Assembly (NCBI GenBank): GCA_964036045.1
Contig: OZ038378.1
Location: forward strand, 6,448,001 to 6,512,000
Direction of reading: 5' to 3'
From: Eutreptiella sp. 'Long Island Sound 2002'
Taxonomy: Eukaryota; Protista; Euglenida
DNA length: 64,000 nucleotides
Part shown: positions 22,901 through 35,414 of the stretch, in pieces
Numbering within the stretch: position 1 is the stretch's first letter
Layout: each line of letters begins with the position of its first letter
Program-made: the position numbers and the translations under genes
Notes under the pieces: model-generated
Databases searched by the model: none
The model's input: only the letters and a program-made list of their open reading frames with translations
Told to the model about the DNA's origin: nothing

Positions 22901-25900
22901 TGGTGGCTGCCTGTTAACAAAAATAGGCAGCGGGCAACACAGGCACTGTCCAAAGCGGACAAAAATCTCAAACATGTCGTTAGCACAGCATGCAAACCTG
23001 GGGTGTTCCGAATAGCCCATTTCAAGGGCTTTCCGAATATGACCCACATACCCCCCCCAACCGGACACTCAGCGGGCACAAATGAGACCACAAAGGCACC
23101 AACCCCTGAAAACGCTCCGTGTTGGCATGAAACCGCACGTCCCCGAGAGATATACCCACACCCCTGTGTCTCATCAGCACTGAAAACCACCATCTTCCAC
23201 CTTTTCGGGGGTGGTTTATCACCATTATCCCTCTCAGTTTTCCCAAAACGACACATCTTCACCCATTCCCCCCCATTTTCCCATATTTTCTCTGTTTCGG
23301 AATAGCGTTCCGGCAAGGTTCTGGTAGTGGGAATTTCTGGGCCTTGAAACATTGCTGTCCACCCTCAATTGTGTTCACACACATCCCAACTCACAATAAG
23401 TCAAAAGTAAGTACAGGGGAAATGGGGGGGGGGTGTCTCCCAAGCAAGCAAAGCGAGCAAGTTAGCTTTTTTGAGAGGGTTGTTGCGGGGGGTGGGGGGC
23501 AGGGAGGCATGTCTTTGACGCAAGCGCAGTAAGCAAGGAAAGGGGGAGGGGATATTGGGGGCTATTGGCAACAAATGCCTCGTTCCGGCAGACCCGCGCT
23601 CCTTGTGGGGGGGTGGGGTTCAGTGCGCATGAGGCACAAAAGGGGGGGAGGGGGGGTTGCGCGAGCACACAAGGCGCACAGGGAGGTGGTGTGCACATGG
23701 TGCACAAATTCCGGTTTGGTGCAAGGGGTTTGGCACACACAAGGTGCGTGTGGGGGGGGGGGGGAGCACACGTGGGGGGTGTTTGTCGCAAAGGAGGGGG
23801 GGTGGGGGTGGTCAGCTGAGTAACAGGAATTGAAAGTTAGGCAGCACCACCAGTAGTTGAGTATGGTCCACCAAAAAGTAGGACACACTTGTGAACATTT
23901 CAAGATTAGGGTCACTAGGATGGTGTTAACCATCGAGGTTTTACAACCCTCTTTAGTGACGAGGGTGGAGCTACCAGGTTTGGTAAGCAAGCAAGCAACA
24001 GCGGTGGCAGCAAGCACACATGAAATAGGCAAAAATAACACTTCTGTCGTGGTGCTTTGGATTCAGCCGAACTTTTGGTGGATGATACATATGGTTGTGA
24101 AATACGGTCCCAAAAATTTGAGCAAGAAACTCAACGGTGGCGGCCGGGCACTGGCATTGCAAGTGGCGGGCTTAGCTTTCAAAATCTGTCAAAAATGGGC
24201 AAAAAATACAATTTTTTGGCCAGTTTGGGGGTCCATAGAGGGGGCCATTTGAATTGGAACCAACCTAGATGGTGAGCAAACACAATCATGTCTGGTGGGT
24301 TTTGCACCCAAATAGTTGGCTCAACAACCTCTTGGGGCCCAAATTAATGCACAATTAGCCTTCAAAAGCATCAACAACCCTTCCTAGTAATTAACAGCAG
24401 TTAGCCAAATCTCTCCAAGAATTAGCAGCAGTCACGGTAACATCAATCATGGAAAACACAGAATTATCAGTATTCATCCCGACCCCTCCCGGGTTTAACA
24501 ATCCTCATCCGGAAACCTGTGCAAATCGCCTAACTCTGTGCAAATCACCGAGGTACTTGTATCCGCATACATCGCATGCTGTTGCTAGGGACAGGTGCTG
24601 GTTGCCTGCTGTGGTATTCCTAAGGAAGAGGAACATACATCCTGAACTCCAAACATGCCATACTTTCGCATGACACACAGGATCAGCGATCGGATCCGTA
24701 GCTTAAAATCCCGTGAAAAATACTTGTGGAACTCTGTAAAATGAAAAAATGGGCGGATGCACTGCCAGCAGCTCCCAGAAATGCAACATGACAGGTGGGG
24801 TCTGGGTATGAGAGGGGGAAAGGAGAGTTGGGACTCTGGGGAAGAGAGGGAAGGGCACCAGAGGCAACAGCATCTGGTATCGGGAAAGATGACAGGGGCA
24901 AACAGAAGAGGGCACTGGCAGACCAACAAACGAGCAGACAGACAGGCACTGTGCACCACAACGCAGGGGACTTGCAGTGCAAGCCTGAATGGAAACGTTC
25001 AGCCGTGCCGCCAAGATACAGCCCCTTGCAATCCCTCAGGGTGTTCTCACATATCCAAATCGCATTCTGCAGGCACGTCCGCCACATCTGTGCACTGTGT
25101 GAAATCCAGGATTAAGCAGATACTCAACCAACTGGTGGCCATCAGAGGCAGCATCCTGCCCACATGGGGCCCATCTCAGATAGAAACCACCTGCGGCGCT
25201 ATGGCCCACCCGGGCACAGCTCTACTCCCAGCAGGGTGGCCCTACTGACAGCCCATTGTGCATTGTGGGCCAACCAACGGCGGTCGGAGGCTGACCAACA
25301 GTTAATTGTTGGTGCAAGCATCCCTTCTAAGAAATGCTCTCAACCCCGTGATGAGCGTCCGTGTTCAGTCGTGCGGATGGAGTGATGTGTTGCGTTGCAC
25401 ATCTCCCAGATCCAAGCACCGGTGCGTGGAAAAGCATTCTTTCCGGACGCGATGTCATAGTCCATTTGTAACCCTTGACTCCACACACATACTTGACTGG
25501 GCGGACAGCCCGCTCTGATGTGATGATGATTTTCCATGCAACCGCCGTCGTTGGTGTCCAGGCCCCTTGTAAGAGATCACTACAATCACCTCACGCATCT
25601 CGACCGTTCCCATCTCTTCGAGACCCCCTCCCCGTTTTGAGAGCAGCGGGTTAATGCACCCACTCCCCCTTCCACCAACCACGTAGACCACACCCAGGAC
25701 CGCATTTGAAAGGGAGGAGAACACGCCCTCTGTGAACATGTTTTGCAAGAAATCGCCCCCACCCACCTTGGAGGTGTGTGATTGCCGGGGTGAGGTGGGA
25801 GTTGGGGGGGGGGGGGGGCTTCGGACATACACTCATATGAATCCGTGAATACTGGTGGTTTTGATTCAATAAATTGAAAACTATTCCCAGTCCAACTCGC

Positions 25901-28900
25901 CGTTGCCTCTTATGGGCAAAATCTGAGTGTCATCCGAAAGCTGCACAGCAAGCAGACATGCAACCTGGAGACCACGTGACATTGTTGCACAAGCGCTTTT
26001 GCAATTTGCGGCAAAACTCTTCATCGCTAATGATAGAGTTTTCATTGAATCTCAATACTTGTAGTGTACTGTTGTTGAGTATGGCATCGTCGATTGCAGC
26101 CTGTGACTCGCTTGTGACACTATTGCCTGACAACAACAACGGAAAAGCAAAAAGCCAATTGGCATGCAACTCGTTCTTTGGGGCAAGTGGGGCATGGTGG
26201 GTGACAGTGGAAACAGGAAAGAGTTCTCTTGGCGGAAACATGGATGTGCATCTTTACAGCAAGGATGACAAGAACAGGAATATGATGATGAGATGACACT
26301 GGCGCATTGTGAATTGTGCTGGGCTGGAACAAACCTTGTGCAACTGGCACATCTTGAAACCAATCATCATGAAACACCACTGTATATGGGGCATGCACCA
26401 ACACCCTCATGTGCATTATGCACTACACGCCTGCTGAATGAAAAACTGCTGGTTCATTTTTCAGGAAAATTGTAAGATTGCTGTCGCATGTCACTCCCGT
26501 CGCTGATTGCTGTCTTGTTTGAAATGCCTCTTTCACCCTTAGCAGATATTTGATGCACATTCACTCAGTAAAAAATCCTTTGGTAACAGCCTGTAGCCTA
26601 CACAGCGTCACGATATCTAGTGTTATTCTACTGTTATTCACGCAAATCTCAGTGGAATGCGAGCAGCGGTACGAGTATTCACCATCTCAACGGTTTCTGT
26701 CCATCAACTGCTTCACACAGGGTCTGAGTGGGTTATGCAGATTGTGAGCACTTTGGATTTTGACCTTTGAACTAGGTTGAAGCCTTCAACGCACGTTCCT
26801 TCGTGCGTGCTTTGGCAATTTTTCTCTGCTTTCAGTGCAGGCCCCTGTGTGTTTTTCCTTTTGCTTCTGATGTTTGGGCAGGGTCAGGTGGGGTTACCTT
26901 TGCTACAGGTCAAAAAACCACTCCAACAAATTGACCAACAATTGGGGTCTTTTGGTTAATTTTGCCCTTCCGTAATTTTCACTCTCTGTGTAGCTGGTAT
27001 TGTCGTACTGACCCTTGGAGTGATCCAAAATTGTAAGCATGCAATGATGTGCGACATGCAACAAATCCTATGTGGTTAGGTAGAATTGTTGCTCACAATT
27101 TACTTTATTTCAATTTTGTTTGCAATCTTGGTAAGGTTGGTTGCACTTGTATCGGAGTTGCACAAACGTGCAAACAGGTGGAGTGCCATTGGGTGCCACT
27201 CAAACCCACCTGTGAAGCCCAACAAGACAATGGTGTGTCCCCTTGTTGCAAGAAATGCACCAACGAGGTTAAGAACAAGAACTTTTTGAAACTCCTCCTT
27301 TCACACATGCGTCACACATATTCGGGACTTTGTGAGACCTTTATGATACAAGCAAATTGTCCAGCATGCACCATCATGATTCCCTTTGCAATAACTGCTC
27401 CCTACAAGTACAGGTAAACTTTCGTCAGGGGAGAAATTTGCGTTTCGCCATTAAAAAAAAATGTGGCAAAAATTTCCCCCAGCAAAATGACGTGGGTGAA
27501 AGGGTCTGCATGCAATGGTTTCCAGTCGCAGTGGTTGAGAGCATAAAAGGGTGCCGCCTCCAACCTCCTGAATTGCCCGGAAACCGACAATGCAATTTCG
27601 GACAGTCACGCAGGAGTTTCCCAAGGTAGTGGGCTGTCATGAACACTGAGCAACAGGCTCGTGCCGAACCCTGCGATCTTGAGGGTGCAGTCTTTCCAGG
27701 GGGGATTTCACCACTCTGGGAATCATCACAAGCAGGCGCTGCACATTCCAAAACCAAACTTTCGGTTCCCCGAAACCCAGGCGTCCCAGAACTGTCAACA
27801 AAATGCCCCCTCGTCTGCATTGCCGCTTGTAAAATACCTGTGAGGTCCAACTCCTTAAGTGTGTAATTTCCAATGAGCGAATCCATAATGACAGTTGCGC
27901 CAGCATCTCCGATGTTGTTGTAGGATAGATCCAACGAGGTTAAAGTGTCGTTCAGATTCAAGGCGTAGGCCACCATATGAGCAACTGCAGAAAACAGACG
28001 CACTTTTTGCGAAAATCACCTCTCAGAATCAACTGTCTCCGTAAAGGGAACGTTGTGAAACCACATACATTTGAACACAGGCAACAAACAGGGGTCATCC
28101 CAATTGTACTGTATCCGAGGCAACATGACTAGCATTTTCCCACCATTTTGTACATTCTATGTTGTGCGTCTCAGCGTCATGTGACCGGCATCAGTAGCAG
28201 TGTGGAGGGTCTGGGGGCTGGAACCCATGTTAGAACACTATTACACGTCTCATTCCAAGGAGCTACTGTCGGCAGAGTCGCAGCCATCGTACATGTGAGT
28301 TCAGCGACCGCTTGATCCAGCTGTGGGTGAGCCCCTAGTGGAGAGAGCATTGTTCTGTAAAGAGGATGTATACAGTACAGATGTTAGTGATAGGGCGCCT
28401 AGGAAGCAGCAAAAGAGTAGGAAAGTGAGCGCCATGAATCGGGGGCAAGGAAAAACAGACGCATTCATGGAGGGGGATAGCTGTATTGGTTGATTGAAAC
28501 AAGTTAGGGGACACAGTTGGCCAAGTGAGTGCCAGCATTGCACACCGTCCCCAGATCTGTATCATAGTCTGCACAGTGAATGAATGCACCTTTAAATTAT
28601 TTTGGCGTCGATTCCAGCTGAGGGGGCCTGAGATAGTATGCACGAAGTCGCCCCCCCCTACCTCCCCCCCCTACCTACCCCNNNNNNNNNNNNNNNNNNN
28701 NNNNNNNNNNNNNNNNNNNNNNNNNNNNNNNNNNNNNNNNNNNNNNNNNNNNNNNNNNNNNNNNNNNNNNNNNNNNNNNNNNNNNNNNNNNNNNNNNNNN
28801 NNNNNNNNNNNNNNNNNNNNNNNNNNNNNNNNNNNNNNNNNNNNNNNNNNNNNNNNNNNNNNNNNNNNNNNNNNNNNNNNNCCCCCCCCAACCTCGTCTC

Positions 28901-31900
28901 CCCCCCCCCCTACCTCCCCCCCCCTACGTTGCTACTGCTACCTGCCCCCCCCCCCCCCCCCCCCACCAACCCCCCATCCCCCCCGCCCTTCCCGAGCAAC
29001 CCCCGCCCCCCACCCCACCCGGACCCTTGCGTTGGTAGACCGCCTTTTGGCTGCACAGCCTTGTGTGTGCACCGCCTTGCCTGTGGCCCCTTAAATAACA
29101 AGACTCCTGCGGTGGCCACAGACCGCCTTTTGTGTGTTCCGCCTTGTGTGTGCACCGCCTTGTGTGTGCACCGCCTTGCCTGTGGCCCCTTAAATAACAA
29201 GACTCCTGCGGTGGCCACAGGCCGCCTTTTGTGTGTTCCGCCTTGTGTGTGCACCGCCTTGCCTGTGGCCCCTTACATAACAAGACTCCTGCGGTGGCCA
29301 CAGGCCGCCTTTTGTGTGTTCCGCCTTGTGTGTGCACCGCCTTGCCTGTGGCCCCTCAACTAACATGACTCCTGCGGTGGCCACAGGCCGCCTTTTGTGT
29401 GTTCCGCGTTGTGTGTGCACCGCCTTGTGTGTGCACCGCCTTGCCTGTGGCCCCTTACATAACAAGACTCCTGCGGTGGCCACAGACCGCCTTTTGTGTG
29501 TTCCGCCTTGTGTGTGCACCGCCTTGCCTGTGGCCCCTTAAATAACAAGACTCCTGCGGTGGCCACAGACCGCCTTTTGTGTGTTCCGCCTTGTGTGTGC
29601 ACCGCCTTGTGTGTGCACCGCCTTGCCTGTGGCCCCTTAAATAACAAGACTCCTGCGGTGGCTACAGACCGCCTTTTGTGTGTTCCGCCTTGTGTGTGCA
29701 CCGCCTTGCTTGAGGCCCCTTAACTAACATGACTCCTGCGGTGGCCACAGACCGCCTTTTGTGTTTACCGCATTGTGTGTGCAACGCCTTGCCTGTGGTC
29801 CCTTAAATAACAAGACTCCTGCGGTGGCCACAGACCGCCTTTTGTGTGTTCCGCCTTGTGTTCGCCCCGCCTTCTGTGCGTACCGCCTTGCCTGTGGCCC
29901 TTCATAGGGCTTCACTCCTACGCACCACCTAACCGTTCTTTGCTACGGCTCCCTTCTCGCCCAAACACCTCCACCCCATCTGCAAAGAGGAGACCAATGC
30001 AAGCACAACAGCCACGAAATCAAAACACGAACTGCGACCCATGGTGAGTGATTGCTACCACTCGAGTCCGATGTGTTGCTGCACCGTATGCAGCACCAAA
30101 GTCAACACGTGACTATGAACAGAAGAACGAGTATGGACGCAGGGTGCCAAGCATGGCGGCACACCAAAGAATGCAGAAGACAAGCGACAAGCCACCGCAG
30201 TAGGAACACAATACCACGGCATAGCGGCCCACGCAAAAGGTGCCATATATGATGGACTCAAACAACGGAGGACACAGGTGAAAACTTAAATACAGTGTGT
30301 AACCAATGGGCACCATGTGCCAATGGCACCATGGGAGCGATGAATGCAAGTAGACGGTGATGTAGATAGCACGTACTTACACCGCTCACCGACTACTCCG
30401 GAACACCAACCTTCGGCTGCTGCTTCTCCACGGTCTTGTTCGGCAGCAAGAAACTTTTTGGCGGCACCAGCTGCACGCGCTTATTCCAGTCGACTTGCTC
30501 CACACCATACTGCTGCATAATGGGGGTTGGGCCACGCACAGGCAACAACACGATCCACAGCGAAGGCAGCGGTGCCATGGGGGACTTCTTCGTCAGCAGC
30601 AGCAACATCCCCTCATACTGAAAGCGCAGCAGCACGGCCTTACCTGTTGCAAGGACAAACGGACGAAAGTAAAGAAGAGATGTATTGCGACCAACAAAAG
30701 GCCCGTTCGCAACGCATGTGTAGTTGTACACACCCACTGTACTTGGGCACTTCACTTGCCCCTTGCCGAAGATGCCCTTCATCACCGGGCGGACCGCGAT
30801 GGGTTCGTTGCCACGCAAGCGCAACAAGAAGAAGGTCACAATTTTGTCGTAGTTCGCCACAGACAAACCGGAGGGTGGCTCCCGCAACTTTTGGAAGTCC
30901 TGCGCCTCTTTGTCCGCATCCCACTCCTTGAAACCCCCAACTTCAATACTAAGGGTCCTCAGCTGATTCCTGACGCCCTCCGACATTACCACTTCATGGT
31001 GCCTCAACTTGTCGGGGACTAGAAAGACGAAACATACCCATGTGACGAAAGAAAACGTGATATGCGTAAAGTGTCAGCGAACCTACGGAGCAGGAACACG
31101 ACGAAGCAGGAACCTTCGCTATCCTTCTTCTGTGCCACGGCCTTAGGGGCACGGCCCGGAGGAAGGGGTGCAGGAGCTGCTGCCTCATCTGGCATCGCGT
31201 CATCACCGTGCAATTCACCTTCGTCAACAGTGGCCTCTTTTTCCGCGGCTGGATCACCTACAATGATAAGAGTAACATGATGGCAACATGGAACGGAGTA
31301 GTGCTTCCAAGGCGTTAGGTTACCGCCACACACCTGCAGCACCAACAGGAGCACCACAGGAAGACGTAGATTCGGCACTGGATGGGGACAAAGGATCGTC
31401 CTTCCCCTTCAAATCGGTGGCAAACAGCTGCTTCGCGATACCGTCCACGTCGGGCTAATCAAGGGCCACTCGCTTTAGGGCCGGTGAGGATGTTGCTGAC
31501 GCTGGACTTGGGGGCTGCGCGCGCTTGGACCCAATGCGCCGCGAGACGGAGCCCATGGCCACGTAACCAGACGAACCCGATGCCGTTGACGTAACCGGGC
31601 GTGCCAAGTGTGCGACGGGGTTGTTAGCCGGGAGCATGTTGGGGGAAGGCGACGCATACGTCATTGCCCGATGCAAGGCCGCCGATTGCCGCAGAAGGAA
31701 GTTCGACAAGCTAACGGCAACTGTCGGCTCAACGATCAAAATAATCCAAGTAAGGGGATCCTCCAGCCGCTCCTCACGTGCCATAGTTGGTGCAGAAGGC
31801 TTCAAGATGCCAGCCGGGTCGCCCCCTGCCCCCAGGTAGCGATTGTGGGCCTCACAAACGTTCCAAAGCAGGAAGAAGAACCGGACATCATTCATGGTAG

Positions 31901-34900
31901 GTGCAATGTACTTGAAGCGCGACAACCATACGAAGAGCTGCTCGCACGCCTCACTGTTGACGCCTTCCAAGGCAGGGATGTCGTCTGCATTGTACTTCGT
32001 ACACTTGTGGTTCACCTCGTGGAACCTATGAGCAACAGAAGCAGAAGCTTCATCCATGCTTTGCATGTATCCTTGTTATGGCAAGGTATGAGGATTGCAA
32101 GTATACCTGTCCACAAACCAAGTCACGTCCTCCAAAGTCGAAACCTTGTGCTTGCGAACGGATTGGTCGCAGTGACAACCGTTGTCATACCCAGCGTAAT
32201 GAATGACGACACCATCCTCCCGCAGAGCGTGGACACAGTTGAGGACATCGTGCGTAGACTCCGGCTGTATCAATTCCGACAACTCAATAATGCAGTTGCA
32301 AGGCCGAGCAGTTGCTAGCAGACCCGACGTCTTGCCCGGGTGCACAACGAAGGTCTTCGTGCAACCCTCGTCGCTCACTGTGCTTGTAGTCTTGGGCTTG
32401 GTCGGCTGTTGTTGTTGCTTGGCCCGCGTACGGAGGGCAATCACCTCATCTTCTTCATCATCGCTCTCATCCAAAAGTTTGGGAACGACCGGTTGATCCA
32501 CAGGTTTATGCTCACGGCAGTAGGCAGAACCAGTAGTCTTGTCAGGCCATTGGGAGCATTGCAAAGGGATGTTCAAGCCTGTTGTTGGATGTAGTCCCCG
32601 CTCACCACGTTGATGTTGACACACACGGCGGCAAACCTTCTCGTGCCCGTCCGGAATCACCACCTCCTCAAACCTCTGGAGAGCTGCAGTAAGGTATGCC
32701 ACTTTGTCGTCCCCAGCCTTCTTGAAACTCATGTGCCTCACATGCTGGGGCCCCGCTGTTGTGCACCTACACATGACGCAAACAAGAGATGGTAGTTGTC
32801 CACTCACCAAACCGAAGGGTAACACCACTGTAGTAAACACACACCTATGGTGCCGCGAAGGCATTCCATTGTTACGGATGCGGGTGTTCAACATCTCAAA
32901 GAGTGAGTCATCCCGGAGATCCGTATCGGGCATGACGTCTTGCACAATCTGCTCTCGGTGATAGCGCATGGCCCAACGCAAGAACAAACCCTTCTTCAAA
33001 ATCTTTGGTGGTATCCCCAACACAAGACCTTGTGTGTGGAAGCTAGCATGTTGCAGCGTCAACCTCACTTCCGTGTCATCGATTTCGCGCTTGCGCAAGA
33101 CGGACCTAAATATTGCACAGATGTTGTGCACTGTAGGCACACATCTTGGAAATGGACGCAAAAACGGACGTTGCACACACCTATTCGTGACCATCATGTA
33201 TGGCCGTTCCTCGGTGAGTCGATAGGATTTACCACCAACGGTGAAACCATCGTAGGTATAGTGTATGTCGCACGAAGTACAGGTGCCCTTCACAAGTTGA
33301 ATATCCTTCGGCCTCCCCTAAGGAAGAACGGGAACGCAATATGGTACTTACAACATTGGCAGAGCGGATTACATCGTACGCGGAATGAGCACCTCAGCAT
33401 TCCCCAATACTTCCAGAGTGGTAACATGGGCTGCTTCCAGATTCCCACCGCACGCGTGGCAGGCATCACAGAACGGCAACAAATACATCGGCGGCTGGTA
33501 TGTCAACTCCAAAACGCCACATTGAGGCAAGCGATTGAGGGCGCGGAACACATGCATCGAAGTTGCCTTGATTCCCACGGTCTGCAAGTCTACCAACAGT
33601 GCGTTGATGGGCCTTGTGGGCCAGAGATGCGACCAAAATTGCCTAAAGTGCTCTGCATAGCGAGCAACATATGTTGCAACCACGTCCTCGGCTGAATCGT
33701 AATTCATGGTGATGCACAATATCCTGTAGAATGGGTGATGGAAAAGCCGTGGTCACAAATGCACAGGCTGCATGATGCCCTTGCCTTGTAACTTGCACTT
33801 GTAACCCTGTAAACCAGTCTCACTTGTAACCCCGCGGAAAACGCGGAAAATCGCGACGCAACAGACGCAACAATCAGAATTGGCCCACTTGTGGGCAAGG
33901 TGGCTACGTCACCCCTGCCTACGCCTACGCCTATGAGAAAGGAAAGGAAGAAAGAAAGCCCCTGAATGCCTCCTTCTCGAGCCGGGGAAAAGCTCGAGGC
34001 AGGGATCTTCAAGCCCCTGATTGCCTCCTCCTCGAGCCGGGGTATGAAAGCTCGAGGCAGGGATCTTCAAGTGCCGGTCTCGGCGAATTGGCTACATCTC
34101 ACCATGATGGTTGGGGCCCAAAAGAGGGCGGAAATGCTACATCACCCCTGCATTCTCGGGGGTCCCCAACAAAGGGAACAAAATCAGAAGTCAAAACCTA
34201 CGCCGGGGGTCACCCTGATGCACCACGCAACAAAGCGTGGATTCAAATATTGTCCCGGTTTCCTCAATAGCACCGGACGGTTGGGGCCCAAAAGAGGGCG
34301 GAAATGCTACATCACCCCTGCATTCTCGGGGGTCCCCGACAAAGGGAACAAAATCAGAAGTCAAAACCTACGCCGGGGGTAACCCTGATGCACCACGCAA
34401 CAAAGCGTGGATTCAAAGATTGTCCCGGTTTCCTCAATAGCACCGGACGGTCGGGGCCCAAAAGAGGGCGGAAATGCTACATCACCCCTGCATTCTCGGG
34501 GGTCCCCAACAAAGGGAACAAAATCAGAAGTCAAAACCTACGCCGGGGGTCACCATGACGCCCCTAGGGGCCCCTAGTATACCAAAGTATGGGTCTCTAG
34601 TACGGCCAGACGCCCAAATAGCCACCGCTATAGAGCGGGGAGGCAGAATCAGAATTGGCCCACTTGTGGGCAAGGATGGGGCAAGGTGGCTATATAACCC
34701 CTGCCGCCTAGGGGATCCCCACCGCCTCAGAGCGGGGGGCAGAATCAGAAAAGAGCCCACAAGTGGGCAAGGTGGCTACATAACCCCATTGGGCGCCTTC
34801 GGCGCCCGTTGGCTCCTTGGGCCCATACCTTTGACAACTAACTGTCGGCCGGAGGCCCCTGGGGGGGGGGGGGGTAGTTGGCGTCCTAGGACCCGCGGAG

Positions 34901-35365
34901 TCGCCCCCCCCTACCCCCCCCCCTACCTTCCCCCCCCTTACCTTCCCCCCCCTACCTCCCCCCCCTACCCCCCCCCTACCTCCAAGGTAGGGGGGGGCGA
35001 CTTCGTGCGATATATGCGAAAAGCCGCTATCATGGCGCTTTGGGCGGAACCATGGACACCGCTTGGCCGTGTGATTTGCCAGGCTTTCATTGCCCGTGGC
35101 CATGAAACTTCAGCACCCGCGTAGACCTGTCCCATCCATAACAGGCAGCCGTGCCTAGGCCCTCACTGATGACAGACCAGCACTCTTGCAGATGGCATGA
35201 AAAAGACAGCTGCCCAAAGTACCACCAGCAGAGCACTGCACACATGACAGTACAGTGTGCACAACGCAACGTTCATCCATTTCCATTGGTCCCGTGCACG
35301 TGTGGAGGTGCATTGCCGGGTGACAGGAGGGCGATGGCAACAGAATGCGGCACAAATACACTCAT

Positions 35366-35414
<49 letters not shown>

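Larger units (their letters stand above)
28640..35008. mobile_element. Candidate ~6.4-kb DNA transposon (KDZ type) bounded by inverted repeats, in intron 9
   Basis: GCACGAAGTCGC(C)nTACC from 28640 and its reverse complement ending at 35008. Flanks gatagtat / gatatat resemble an imperfect TSD. Encloses the transposase gene and two satellites. The ends could instead be independent mini-elements. Confidence 0.5.

Noticed and set aside
24571-24619. Extra exon NTTAGNQHLSLATACD
   Set aside because: Needs a 44-nt intron, shorter than any other seen (75 nt or more); the model closes in phase without it.
28650-28990. Telomeric repeat
   Set aside because: Units are irregular CnTA/CnTACC, not (CCCTAA)n, and lie inside an intron.
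29040-29905. CRISPR-like appearance of the regular array
   Set aside because: Whole units are repeated; there are no unique spacers and no cas genes, and the context is eukaryotic.
28525-29915. Long ORFs over the gap and minisatellite (also 33966-35124)
   Set aside because: Products of repeats and Ns, open in several frames on both strands, with no domain motifs.
31258-33410. All KDZ introns being multiples of 3
   Set aside because: True for four (93, 75, 78, 81) but two of those were found because they are in frame, and the other two introns are 76 and 95 nt.
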